DNA of 64,000 bases from Octopus sinensis (Eukaryota), in NCBI RefSeq assembly GCF_006345805.1, contig NC_043004.1, positions 36,146,001 through 36,210,000 on the forward strand, written 5' to 3'. Shown one piece after another: positions 35,960 through 49,569 of the stretch. The notes beneath the pieces were generated by a model. That model worked only from the letters and a program-made list of their open reading frames with translations. It did no database searches and was not told the origin of the DNA. The translations under genes and the position numbers were made by a program. Each line of letters begins with the position of its first letter. The first letter of the stretch is position 1.

Positions 35960-36950
35960 AATAATACAACTCTGCTTTATACCTATTCCTACTGGAAAGG
36001 GCTTTGAAAGCCAGCCTGTCACTGTATCTGATTTGGTCATGTAACTTGAAGTCAATGTTGAAGAATTTTAGGGGACATCCTAGTTGTTCCATAATTTTCC
36101 ACAAACTTCTTTCTTGCAGAGAGTTCAGTGTGTTGTTAAGATCCACAAAGTCATACATAGTCATCTTGTTCTGACCCTGACAATTCTCTTGGAGCCCCTG
36201 AAAACAAATATCATATCAATAGTACCCCTATTTGCTCTGAATCCACATTGACTCTCTGAAAGGTGTTCTTCAATAATCAGTCTGGTTGAGAGTGTAACTA
36301 ACAAAAAATTTTCCAGCAATAATAAGCTCTGTTATTTCTCAGTAGATGGAGCAGTCACAGTTTTCTCTCTTGCTCTTATACACAGTGATGATTATTGCAA
36401 AGGGTCACAAAGTTGTGCATGGTATCTTGCCTTGTTCCCAACAAAACAAAGAATTCATGAAATTTAGAGTGCAATGTTGAATCACCATTCTTCCAAATCT
36501 CTGGTGGATTCCATCAACTTTTCAGATGTCTCAATGACTTTAACAGTCTTTTTCTTTGTTTGAATCCTGTCCAAGTTCTGTTTTCAGTGCTTATAATGGG
36601 AGGAATTTTTGCACCATTGACTCAACATGTGGGTGAGTTGAGGAGAGTCTGGAATTTCTCTGATGAGCATTTCAGGTCTGATGTCTTTTCTAAGAAGAGT
36701 GTCTGTCTGTTCGTCTGTCTGTCTATACTGCTCAAGGGACTCTAAACTAGGTGTGAAGAGGCTACACACTGCCTCCTGGGTCTCATAAAACCACCACTAA
36801 GTACTGTTCTCAAAACAAAACTATGTTTTCTCAAAGTCATTGGTCCACCACACATTCTTCACACCCCAAAACCCTCTGCTGATGTTTGCTGCACAGAGTA
36901 AGAGGTTTCTTTCTTATCAGGAGCAAAGTGAGTCTGATAGGTGGATCTGT
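35960..36950 (-). pseudogene. Decayed RTE-clade LINE RT fragment
   Basis: Minus strand reads WEQGKIP, IITVYKSK..CDCS, SESQCGFRANRGTIDMIF, FVDL..SLWKIMEQLGCPLKF. Confidence 0.8.
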
Positions 36951-37004
36951 TCTAGGTGTTCTCATCCAGCAAAACCCTATGATGTCCCTTAATCCATCTT
37001 TATC

Positions 37005-37240
37005 ATCATCATCAGCATCTTCATTTAGCGTCCACTTTGCATGCTAGCATGGGTTGGACGGTTCAACTGGGGTCTGGGAAGCCAGAAGGCTGCATCAGGC
37101 CCAGTCTGATCTGGCAATGTTTCTACGGCTGGATCCCCTTCCTAACGCCAACCACTCCATGAGTGTAGTGGGTGCTTTTTACGTGCCACCGGCACAGGTG
37201 CCAGACTGGGCTGGCAAACGGCCACGTCCAGGCTGGAGGA
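37005..37240 (-). mobile_element. Family D SINE-like repeat
   Basis: Conserved body, one to two hairpin units. Confidence 0.85.
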
Positions 37241-39498
37241 CTATTTCTTATACAGACAGAAGTGCATAACAAGTGGCAACACTGTGAGAGACTTTCCAAC
37301 CAATGGGTAGCATGGAAAACAGATGTAAAATGGTGATGATAATGATGTCAACGATGACGACAATGACGATGATGATGATGATGACATTAAATGAGAACAC
37401 ACAAATATAGATAAGGGAAAATAATGCAATCTTTCTGTTGACTCTGCCATTGCATTTTTTTTGTTTTATTCGCAATGAAAATTGCATGTTTTTTTTTCAT
37501 GCAAACAATAGACGTAAATAAATCACACAGAAATACACACATGCACACCCATGCACGCATGGATATACGCCAACTGTGTGCATGTGTTGGTGATTGTAAT
37601 GTAAAAAAGACATTAACTAACAAGGGAAATGGGAATTTTACATTAAGTGTCACCTGGCTTCCTCACTTTTCACCTCCTTAGTGTTTGTTCACGTATATTC
37701 CCAATATACGCCTGCATTCTTTAAAAAAGTTTTACCTAATAAATTGATTGTGTATTTGTGTGAAAGTGGGATTTTTTGAAATTTTGTTTGTCAATAGAAT
37801 TGAATAAAATCAAGAGATTTGTTGAAAAGTGATTGAGAAAAATATGGGTTAGGGTCGCACACATACACTTAAGCTTTTTTTAAATTTTATTATTGGATTA
37901 AAATATAAATTGGGAGAAAGTAAAAAAGATCTTTTTATAAATCAGTAAAAACAAATTGTAAATGTTGCAACTTTGGTAAAAATTAAACCAAAAATGAAAT
38001 ATGTGAGTGAGACATGGCCTTCCAGCTGATCTTGGAGAGGAATCAATCGGACACGGACACATAATATGATAGTAATGATGATGATGATGATATTGTCATT
38101 ATCATCACCATCATCATCATCATCAACCTCATCATCATCATCAGTATTTTAACATCTTTTTTTTCATGCTTTCATGCATCAAGCAAAATATTTTGAGGCA
38201 GATTCTCTAAACTTGGTGTCCTTCCTGTCACTTCACTATTAAACACACACACACACATATATATAAACCCGCACACATAGACGTACACACATATTACTGT
38301 ATACGTGTGTGTGCATATATATATATATACATACGTACAGCTTCATCATTAAAAGAAGTTTTAATCGAAGCATCATTGCTAGTTTTAGTCACTGTTACTT
38401 ATACCCCATTCTGAAGTCCTCCCCTGGTCCCCACAAGTGAGTAACACTGCTGTTGATTCTCCTCAGATCATAAGTCATGTGATCTCATTTTAGGCTCCAC
38501 AAAAATTTCAAAGAATCTGTTCTATATCTAATAAAAGGTTTGCTCTGCAAAAGAAATAAAGATCAGCCAGTTTTACCATTTACAGGGTACATGATATATA
38601 TAATGTAACCCGTGGCCTCTTATGGACCTTCTAAATCTTATTGAAATGGTGATTATCATAAATTCTGTTTGTACAATTATTTATCTTATCCTCCTCTTGT
38701 TAACCTTGGTTTCAACAAAAAGTATTTGTAGTTGGTTTGCAAGATTCTTGATGTGAATTTGTGTGTTGAAACAAATCTTGTTGTGTCTTGGGTGGGTCAT
38801 TATGTCAGTAATAATAAACACATGCACTGGTTCAATATGACTTCTTTATTATTAGTCAATCAATTAAATATCTAATCAATAAACTAAATGGTCATTAGTT
38901 TAATGTGCTGGTTAAAGAATCAGTGGGTTGTTTGTTTGTCAAAGTCCTTTCATTGCTATTCACAACCTCATCAATTTCATGTCCTCTCTCTTCAAAGGTC
39001 TGCCTTAAGGCTGCCTGATTAGTTTGTTAGTTGGTTAGATATTTAACTTGATTGATCAATAACAAAGAAGTGATATTGAACCAGTGTGTGAGTTCATTAT
39101 TATTGGTGCAATGACCCTTCCAAGACATAACATAATTCAAAGTAGTTTTTACAGAAGATTAAGTAAATTCCAATATTTCTTAGGTGATCTTCTGGGCAGT
39201 TTCAGGACAAGAAATAGTGTTTCTGTTGTGTAAGCTCCAAGGTGTTTGGAATATAAAATACGGATGAAAAAATTAGGTTATGGTTACAACAAGAGGTTGA
39301 AAAATGAAAATCTTTCCAGTTTTGAAAACTGGTTAAAGAACAAGAGAAAGATTGTCTGTGTTTTTTATTCTGTGAAGACAGTCCACCATTTTTTTTTCAG
39401 CTATTTTTCTTTTTTTTTTTATTAGATTTGTTATATTTCATTTGCTTTCGGAGATTTCTACATATTGGAGAAGATGTTGAGCAGGAAAACATGCTTAC

Positions 39499-39692
39499 TT
39501 GGCTTTTTACTTCTACTTCAGCCTCATCCTGCGCCATCACCTCTATTTTATCTGCAATTATTTCAAAACACCAATCATTTACACTTAACTTCCAAACATA
39601 AGACAGATGTCTTTGATAACCATGTTGTGATGCCAGACATTTGAAGGAATTCCAGTTTCCATTTCTTAGATATGAAAACATTTCCTCAACAA
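39499..39692 (-). CDS. Candidate host exon (VEEMFSYLRNGNWNSFKCLASQHGYQRHLSYVWKLSVNDWCFEIIADKIEVMAQDEAEVEVKSQ)
   Basis: Acceptor ttccttgttatttcaaag, strong donor CAA|GTAAGC, 194 nt with only one open frame, non-repetitive. Confidence 0.45.
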
Positions 39693-40008
39693 CTTTGAAA
39701 TAACAAGGAACAATAATAAAAATAATAATAATGATGGTGATGATGATGATAATAATAAGAATAATAATCGAAGAAAATCTTTTCATAATAATAATAATAA
39801 TAAAGGATTCTAGCCAGAAGTTAGAAATTTCAAACAACATTTATAATTACACACACTCACATACACACACACACAAACACACACACACACACAACACACA
39901 CACACACACAACACACACACACACACACACACACACATGCACGCATACATACATATATAATATATAGGCACATTTATAAAGACATATACATAGATATGTG
40001 TGTGTGTG

Positions 40009-40041
<33 letters not shown>

Positions 40042-40173
40042 GTATACATACATATATGTTTATATGCATAATTGCACATATATATATATATATATATATA
40101 TGTATACATACATATATGTTTATATGCATAATTATATATATATATATATATGTAGAGAGAGAGAGAGAGAGAG

Positions 40174-40225
<52 letters not shown>

Positions 40226-40938
40226 CATATACACACACATATATGGGTGTGTATATATGTTCATATATGTGTGTATATTTGTATTTGTATATGTGTGTGT
40301 ATATGTACATATATGTGTGTGTGTGAGAGAGAGAAACATACAGACAGACATATAGCATTCATCCATCCATCCATGCATACATGCTGACTGACTGCTGCTG
40401 TTGCTTTTCCCCTCATCATCATTATTCTATCCTTATATTTTCCATTAGAAATATTTTTTCGACATGAAGCAATGAACATTAAGTAGAATAACATGATAAC
40501 TGGTGGAAAGGAATGAGACAAGCCACCTCTATTCCTCACCAAATAAACAATAATCCTCGGAACGAGGAAAAATAAGAGTTCAAAGAAACGAGAAGTGAAA
40601 ATAAATATGGAGCTAGCCAAAGATGATGGTGCTGCTAATAAATTGGTTTATAAGACCTGACAACCTAGACTTGGTTTAGTTGTTTACTCTGGCTTCAGGA
40701 AAGTCTGAGGTTAAAACAACAACAACAATATCAAGCAGGTATTTTGAATTTTCTGTTTGACTTTGCACTTTTCATCTTACTAGCATTTTTCTCATTTCTG
40801 GAATAGTTTGCCTATGTTAGCACACTGGTTCCCAACTGTGGTTCCCAACTCTTTTATTTAGAGGAGTTTTCCCATGGACCCCTTTTAATATGCTTATTCT
40901 TATATATGCATACATACATATATATATATATATATACA

Positions 40939-41491
40939 CGAGGGTGAGTCAAAAAGTAATGCCATTTTGTTAAGGACAGGTATAATTACCAACACAGGAA
41001 CATGTATCATACACCAAAATGAAGCTGGTCCTCTGTAGATCATATCCCTACTTCTCAACATAGTCACCATTTCTCTCAATAGCAATGTTCCACCTTCGAA
41101 TCAGAGCATGTATCCCTGCCCCGTAAACTTCTGTAGATTGTTGTTTGAGGCACTTCTTCACTACTGTTTTCACTTCCTCGTCACTGGAATAATGTTTGCC
41201 TCTCAAACCTACTTTTGTGGCGCCGAAGAGATGATAGTCTGAAAGCGCTAAATCTGGTTAGTATGGCAGTAGTGAAGTGGCTCAAAGAACAACCAGCAGA
41301 ATTTTAAGGGGCAGGGATACATGCTCCCATTCGAAGGTGGAACATTGCTACTGAGAGAAACAGTGACTATGTTGAGAAGTAGGGATGTGATCCACAGAGG
41401 ACCAGCTTCATTTTGATGTATGATACATGTTCCTGTGTTGGTAATTATACCTGTCCTAAACAAAATGGCATTACTTTTTGACTCACCCTCA
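40939..41491. mobile_element. Fold-back mariner element built from two right ends
   Basis: TIR CGAGGGTGAGTCAAAAAGTAATGCC at both ends, arms of about 225 bp. Minus 41266-41048 encodes PY*PDLALSDYHLFG..RRWNIAIERNGDYVEK* (mariner YSPDLAPSD motif). Flanks are CA and TA. Confidence 0.92.
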
Positions 41492-41580
41492 TATAGATAA
41501 TAAGGGTAGAAAATTTAGAAAAATTGTCATACCGATGGCTAGCATGCATAATAAAGTCAATAAACAACATATTTTCAGAT

Positions 41581-41819
41581 ATAATAGTGTACAAACAATA
41601 AAGTATTTATACACAAAAGAGGTGACCTTTGACAGGACACCTTACATGCTAGAAAGGGCAGTCAAAACTCAAACCATTTTTTAATTTTTTATTTTCATTC
41701 TCTTTGAAATTGCTTTTATTTGTGGTTTGGGTTTTGACTGCCCTTTCTAACATGTAAAGTGTCCTGTTAAAGGTTACCTCTTTCATATATAAATATTTAA
41801 TTGTTTGTACACTGTTATA
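41581..41819. repeat. Inverted repeat with ~96-bp arms inside the hAT MITE
   Basis: 41581-41677 vs 41724-41819, roughly 85-90% identical by eye. Confidence 0.85.
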
Positions 41820-42538
41820 CATGAGTATATATATATATATATAAAATTTTGAATTTAGTTCATGCACCCTCAGTATTACATTTGTGGACCACTAAGGGTT
41901 TGCGGACTCCAGGTTGGGAACCACTATGCTAGCAGATATGAAATATCATTGAGAGGGATGAAGATCATTGTTTAATACTTTCACACTCTACAGAATGTCA
42001 ATAAATACTGAAAGGAATATTCAGAAATGAGAGAAGCACTCGGCCACTCAAATATGGGTTTCGGTCCTGATTCTTCATTTAAATCAGGGTTTATCATCTT
42101 GCAAGCTACAGAGGAGTCTTACTAGCATTCAGCACAGGCTACAGAGGGGTTGGTATTAAGAAACACATCCAGCCAGCCAGCCATAGATACCATGTCAAAG
42201 GAGAAAGTGGACCAGTTCTTGAACCCGTAAGATCTTGTCAAACTGACCAAGAGACACTAACCCAAAGATGTTGATGATGATGATGATGACAATGACGATC
42301 TTGTTATTGTTGTTGTTGATGATGATGATGATGATGAGATCAGTATACCACCCAAGCAGCTAATCATGGAGAGACATTCAATAATATTTGTCTGCAAACT
42401 TCTACAGAATCCATCTTAACAATTCTACCAGCGACTCATGATTTTGAAACTAAGATCAAAGGATTAGACACTTGCTACCTGCCAATAACCACTACACTCG
42501 CACGACAAACATAACAGCTCTACACACACAGTGAATAT

Positions 42539-42629
<91 letters not shown>

Positions 42630-42647
42630 TTTGTACAATTTCTCCAT

Positions 42648-42678
<31 letters not shown>

Positions 42679-43328
42679 ATTCATACATACATACATATGT
42701 ATATACATTCACACATACATATATATATACATTCATGAATACATAATATATATATATAATCACTACACTCACACACACAAACATACAAAAACACACATAT
42801 ATACATATACATATGTATATGTATATGTGCATTTATAGATATAGCTGTATACATATGTACATATGCATACATGTATACAACATATGTATGTGTGCATGCA
42901 TTTGCACATAAATAGATATGTTGAAAGACATTGAAATAAAGAGAGAAAAAAAGAGAGGGAAGCGAGTGGTGGTAGTGGTGGTGGCAGTGGCAGTGATGGG
43001 GAGCTGTGAGGTGGAGGTAATAGATGTATTGTGGCTCGTTATGTGAGGAAACTAGATAAACCAATAACAGTTTTACCAAGAAGAAATCTCAATCTGCTGA
43101 TATGTGTTTGTTTATAACAAATTACTTCCACCATCTTGTATCCCCCCTCCTCACCCCACTCCTCCCATGTCTTCTTTTCCATCTGCTCTGGCCACACTCT
43201 GCACAGCCCCACCCCCTCTCGCTTCTGACTTGTTTCACTTCTTATCCTCTCTCACTCTCTCTCTCTCTCTCTTCCTCTTTAATTTTCTTAGTTTTTGTCC
43301 AAGTTCTTTTCATTTTCTCACTTCTGTT

Positions 43329-43346
43329 ATCTTATTTACACTCTGT

Positions 43347-43390
<44 letters not shown>
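43329..43390. repeat. (CT)n within a ~1-kb polypyrimidine region (43100-44000)
   Basis: Seen directly. Confidence 0.95.
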
Positions 43391-43414
<24 letters not shown>

Positions 43415-44164
43415 TCTTTCTCACCTGACTCTCTGTCTATCTGTGAAACTTCTTTTCTGATTTCTTTTACATCTTTGATATCACTTTCTCTTTTTATTTC
43501 CTCTTCCCCCTCTTTCCATCTCCCTCTCTTTCCCTTCCTTCTTCACTTCTACCCTTCACCTTCCTCTTCTTCACTCCCCTGCACTCTGACTCTCCTTCCT
43601 TAATATTTCTCTCCTATTTTATGTCTTTACTTTTGTCTCACTTCCTTTCCTTCCCCATGTCCCCTTTCCCCACTCTGTCTCTTATTCTCTCCCTCTCTTT
43701 CCCCCTCCTCTCTCTCTACCCTGTTTTTCACCTCTTCTCCATGTTGCCGCCTTACTTCCCACTTTCTCCATAAATCTTTCCTTTTTGCATTTTCCTTCCT
43801 CATTTTCCCTCTTTTTAGTCCTTTCATTCAGTTTTTCCCACCTTAACTCTTCTCACCACTATTTTAGAACGCTCCCCCCCACACACACACACATTACTTA
43901 TATTCCCCTCTCTATCTCTTTTGTCAGTAAAACTGTTTATCTTTTTCCACCTCACCACAATCCTCTACCTGACATCTCACTCTCTCTCTCTCTATATATA
44001 TATCAATCGATCTATGTATTTATCTATCCATGTATCCTAGCTAGCTATCAGTAATCAATCTATATATCCACAGCCTATCTCTCACACTGTTCACATTAAT
44101 CTATCCAAATAACATCTGAGACAGATATTACAACAATCAAATTGGTTTCTATTCTAGTTGCAAA

Positions 44165-44247
44165 CAGGAACACTAATAATAATGATAATGATAACGATAA
44201 TAATAATAATAATAGTAATAATAATAATAATAATAATGATGATAATG

Positions 44248-44306
<59 letters not shown>

Positions 44307-44410
44307 AAGATGATGAAGAAGAAGAAGAAGATGAAGAAGATGAAGAAGAAGAATGATAGTAATAATGGTAATGATGACGACGACTATGATGATGATGATG
44401 ATGATGATAT
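44165..44410. repeat. Compound (AAT)n(GAA)n(GAT)n microsatellite
   Basis: Seen directly. Confidence 0.95.
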
Positions 44411-45107
44411 GGTGTTGCAGTGAATTTGGTCTTTATTGTCAGACACTTTTTACTATCTTTATTACTTACAGTCTGTTTGCCAATAAGCTTCATGTTCTCT
44501 TCTGCAAAATGAAAATATTGGCACTTACCAACATTAAGTAATTGATTTCATTTTTGGTGCCATGGACAATGTGCCTTTAATCCATATACAGATCCAGACA
44601 GGTTTAATCAACTAGAATAACATCATTCAATATATTCCGGCTTTTTCAACGAATTCTTGCAAATTAACTGCTATTGCGAAATCGGTGTTGTTCAAATGCA
44701 GACGTAGATGTGAATTAAATTGGAAGAAGAATTGAAATGAAAATAAAAGTTGTAATAATAAGAAAATTTCATCAAAAAGCAATTTTTGTAGAAATAAAAC
44801 TTTGTGCAAACTTCCTAATTGATTGGCAAAATTGTTAGCAAAGAATTGTATTAAACGACATGACAGACACATGTGCGTGTGTGTGTGTATGAATGTGTGT
44901 GTGTATGCATGTGTGTGTGTGTGTGTGTGTATCTATGTGTCTGTCTACCAACCTATCAATGTATGTATGTGCGTATCTGTATGTGTGTGTGTGTGTATGT
45001 ATACATATATGATGATGATGATGTATATCTATATATATGTATATATTTTTATCTATATCTATTTATCTATGTATGTATATGTATATGTGCATATATATAT
45101 ATATATG

Positions 45108-45139
<32 letters not shown>

Positions 45140-45235
45140 TATCTATATATCTATATATATATATATGTATATATGTATATATATATGTATGTATATATAT
45201 ATATATATGTATATATATGTATATATATATGTATG

Positions 45236-45268
<33 letters not shown>

Positions 45269-45345
45269 GTATATATGTATATATATGTATGTATGTATAT
45301 ATATATGTTATATATATATATAAAAATATATATATATTTATATAA

Positions 45346-45392
<47 letters not shown>

Positions 45393-45694
45393 CATACATA
45401 TACACACACACACACACATAATACATTTATGTAAAGAAATGAAAAAGAAACAAACAGTGTTCATGTGAAGAACTGGTGCTTGAGGCCATAAGAAGAAGCA
45501 ATGTAAGAATAAACAACATTTCCAGCAGATGAATAGAATATTAGAGGAAAGTGATTCTGTTTGCTCATTTCATTATTGTTGATAGTTGGCCATAACGGTA
45601 AAAGGAACAATAAAAGCCATATTTGTATTAATGTGCAGAATAAAAATGTGTGTGAATACACACACATATATTTGTACATATACATGCATATGTG

Positions 45695-45756
<62 letters not shown>

Positions 45757-46006
45757 AATAAATACATATATATATATATGTTTGTGTGTGTATATATATA
45801 TATATGTGTGTGTATATGTGTGTCTGTGTATGCATATATATAGATATATATATTGTTGTATTTCGGGATGGTCATCTCATTTTGTTGCCAAATGAACACA
45901 CGCACTATATATTTTTTCTTCACTTATTTATTACTGTTTTTATTTTATTATTTTAACTCATATCCATTGCAAAACGAATTGATAAACAAATATATATGAG
46001 TGTGTG

Positions 46007-46072
<66 letters not shown>

Positions 46073-46145
46073 ATATATCTTTATTTACACATATATAAAT
46101 GTATATGTATACATACATATATATGTAAGTATACACATACATACA

Positions 46146-46200
<55 letters not shown>

Positions 46201-46224
46201 TGCAGTGCTATGTGTATGGAAAAT

Positions 46225-46624
46225 AATAGAGCATCTAGGTCCAAATTTTGGAATCAAAATCTACAACAATGCCCAAACTGGATGGTACTGACTGCACAGT
46301 ACCAAAAGACCCATCTTTATTGAGGATATGAACCAAATATTGTAATAGCTTGAGATTCAAGGGACAATAATTTTTAATGTCTTGCCATGGAACATCAGGG
46401 ATCTGCAAGGTGTAGACATGGAAGTTTTCAAAGAACGTCTGGACAGTTTTTTATCTGCAATACCGGATGAACCCACATCGTGGCAGGAGGCACAAAGAAG
46501 GATGTCAATGTCCAACTTGCTACTTCACCAGAAACACTACTGGAAAAATCCCCAGATGAATTAAAGGCAGTGCACCAGCATGGTCTCAGCCTCTGGTTGA
46601 AACCCATAAAAGAATAAAAGAATA
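46225..46624 (+). pseudogene. 3' fragment of a third CR1-group LINE with terminal stem-loop
   Basis: FNVLPWNIRDLQGVDMEVFKERLDSFLSAIPDEP, then GGCAGTGCACCAGCATGGTC..GGTTGAAAC and an (AAAAGAAT)2 tail. Confidence 0.8.
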
Positions 46625-46638
46625 TTTATATATATTGT

Positions 46639-47010
46639 GGCACTCCATTGGTTATGATGACAGGGGTTCCAGTTGATCTAATCAACAGAACAGCCTACCC
46701 CTGAGATTAATGTGCAAGTAGCTAAGCACCCCACATGTACCCTTAACATAGTTCTTGAGGAGATTTAGCATGACACGGAGTGTGACAAGGCTGGCCTTTT
46801 GAAATACAGATACAACAGAAACAGGAAAAGAGAGTGAGAGAAAGTTGTGGTGAAAGGGTACAGCAGGGTTGGCCATCACCCCCTGCCAGAGCTTCATGGC
46901 TTAAGGTGTTTTCTTTCAATAAACACTCACAACACCTGCTCTGGGAATCGAAACAGCAATCCTATGACCGCGAGTCAGCTGCCCTAACTACTGGGCCATT
47001 GTGCCTCCAC
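46639..47010 (-). mobile_element. Family B SINE, older copy
   Basis: Aligns with 4321-4716 over its full length, with many CpG transitions. Confidence 0.85.
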
Positions 47011-47049
47011 ATATGTATGTGTGTGTATACATATATGCATATACCTAGA

Positions 47050-47960
<911 letters not shown>

Positions 47961-48261
47961 TATATATATCTATATATATATATATGTATACACACACATA
48001 TATATATACATAGAAAAAAAAGTCAAGGTAGAAAATGCTAAAATGATTTTATAAAAACGTTTTCAGTCATTGAGACTTTTTCAAATGGAAGTATGGAAAA
48101 CAATTAAATTTTGGAAAAATTAAAAGTAAAGTTTTTTAAAAGAGTATTTGCATAGTATTCAAATACAAAAGACACTTTCGTTGTTTCTGTCTGTCTCTAT
48201 CTCTCGTGTTTACTCGTGTGGGTTCGAGGTCGTTGTGAATTCTTGGTAGGGAAGAAGAAGA

Positions 48262-48640
48262 AGGAGGAGGAGAATAAGAAGAATGCGGGAGTGCCATGAT
48301 AGTAGTATGTAAAATGGTCAAGTGTCCTGAAAGTGACGCGTTGTGGATGGTAGTAGTGATTGAATTCTTGAGACATCTCTTTTGAATGTTTTGCTTATAA
48401 AATTTGCGTAGATGTTATTCTAAACAGCCATAGTCGTAAAGTTAGGAAGGAGGTGGCGGAGAGGAAGAAGAAGAAGGAGAAAGAGAAGGGAGAATAAGAA
48501 GGACTGTAGGTTGTATGATAATAGTAGGGTGTTAAATGGTCAAGTGACCTAAAAGTAACTCGTTATGGATTATAGCAATGATTGGGACTGTTTTTTAATG
48601 AATTCTTGGGAATCTCTTGAGTGTATCATTTTTAATATTT
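48262..48640. repeat. Diverged two-unit tandem repeat, period ~210 bp
   Basis: GAAGAAGAAGGAG..GGAGAATAAGAAG..AAATGGTCAAGTG.CCT.AAAGT.AC.CGTT.TGGAT..GAATTCTTG occurs twice. Confidence 0.7.
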
Positions 48641-49516
48641 GCGTGTGGTTTTAAGTGGGTATATATAAGGACACCACTTGCAAGTTAATGCAAATTCATT
48701 AATAAGTATCATGGCATGTCAAGAAAAGGGGACACAAGTACATACTCACATATATACACATACACATGTATATCTATAAATACATGGTTAGTTCTGTCTG
48801 CAAAGTGCTAGAATGCTGTCTCTATCCACCTATACATTATAAAACAAAATAAAATGGCAAGAAAATATAGCAAGGAACTTGTTTAAAAAGGCACTTGAGG
48901 AGATGCATTCTACATCTGTGATGCAAGACAGTTAACTGCAGTATATCTTGCCTTGCAGCTACAGGTGCAAGAATGAATCAAAGCAGTTGTAGTGATTTTG
49001 GATAAAGAACCTCGTGAATTCCATCTAAGAGTTCCCTCCCAAAGCAGAACTATTGTAGTCATCGTGGGACTATTGTAGAAGCCAGTTGCTCAAAGTGCCA
49101 TGCAGTGGGGGCCAAAATCATGTGGTTGGGAAGTGAACATTTCAATCCCTCGGCCATAACCACATATATGTATATTAAATGTTTTAAAACAATAATTAGA
49201 TATTCTAGTTAACATGAATGCTATTTCTTTTACTTCGTGAGTTAACTTTTGAAGCTGCTGATGAGCAGCATGTTCTAGTGTTTCAGATTTGTTTACTTCC
49301 CCTCAGAAATTTGTTTCTTTAACAAAAGAATTGCCTGTATATATTTATATATATATATATATATATATAAACATATCATATATACACAAATGTATTGCAA
49401 AAAATATAAGACATAGAGATAAATATATAGAAAAAAACAATATATATATATATATATATATATACATAAATGTATAGAGGAACATAACTTCTATATGTAA
49501 ATAAAAACAGAGAATG

Positions 49517-49569
<53 letters not shown>

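Larger units (their letters stand above)
40823..41926. mobile_element. hAT-superfamily MITE hosting a nested insertion
   Basis: TIRs CACTGGTTCCCAAC (40823-40836) and GTTGGGAACCACTA (41913-41926). 8-bp TSD TGTTAGCA / TGCTAGCA. Confidence 0.8.

Noticed and set aside
40261-40620. Hydrophobic minus-strand ORF resembling transmembrane segments
   Set aside because: F/L/I richness is expected from the complement of A-rich DNA; no donor site; it runs into microsatellite.
44560-44870. Possible mariner-like remnant (QEFVEKAGIY on the minus strand)
   Set aside because: No paired TIRs or catalytic motif found.
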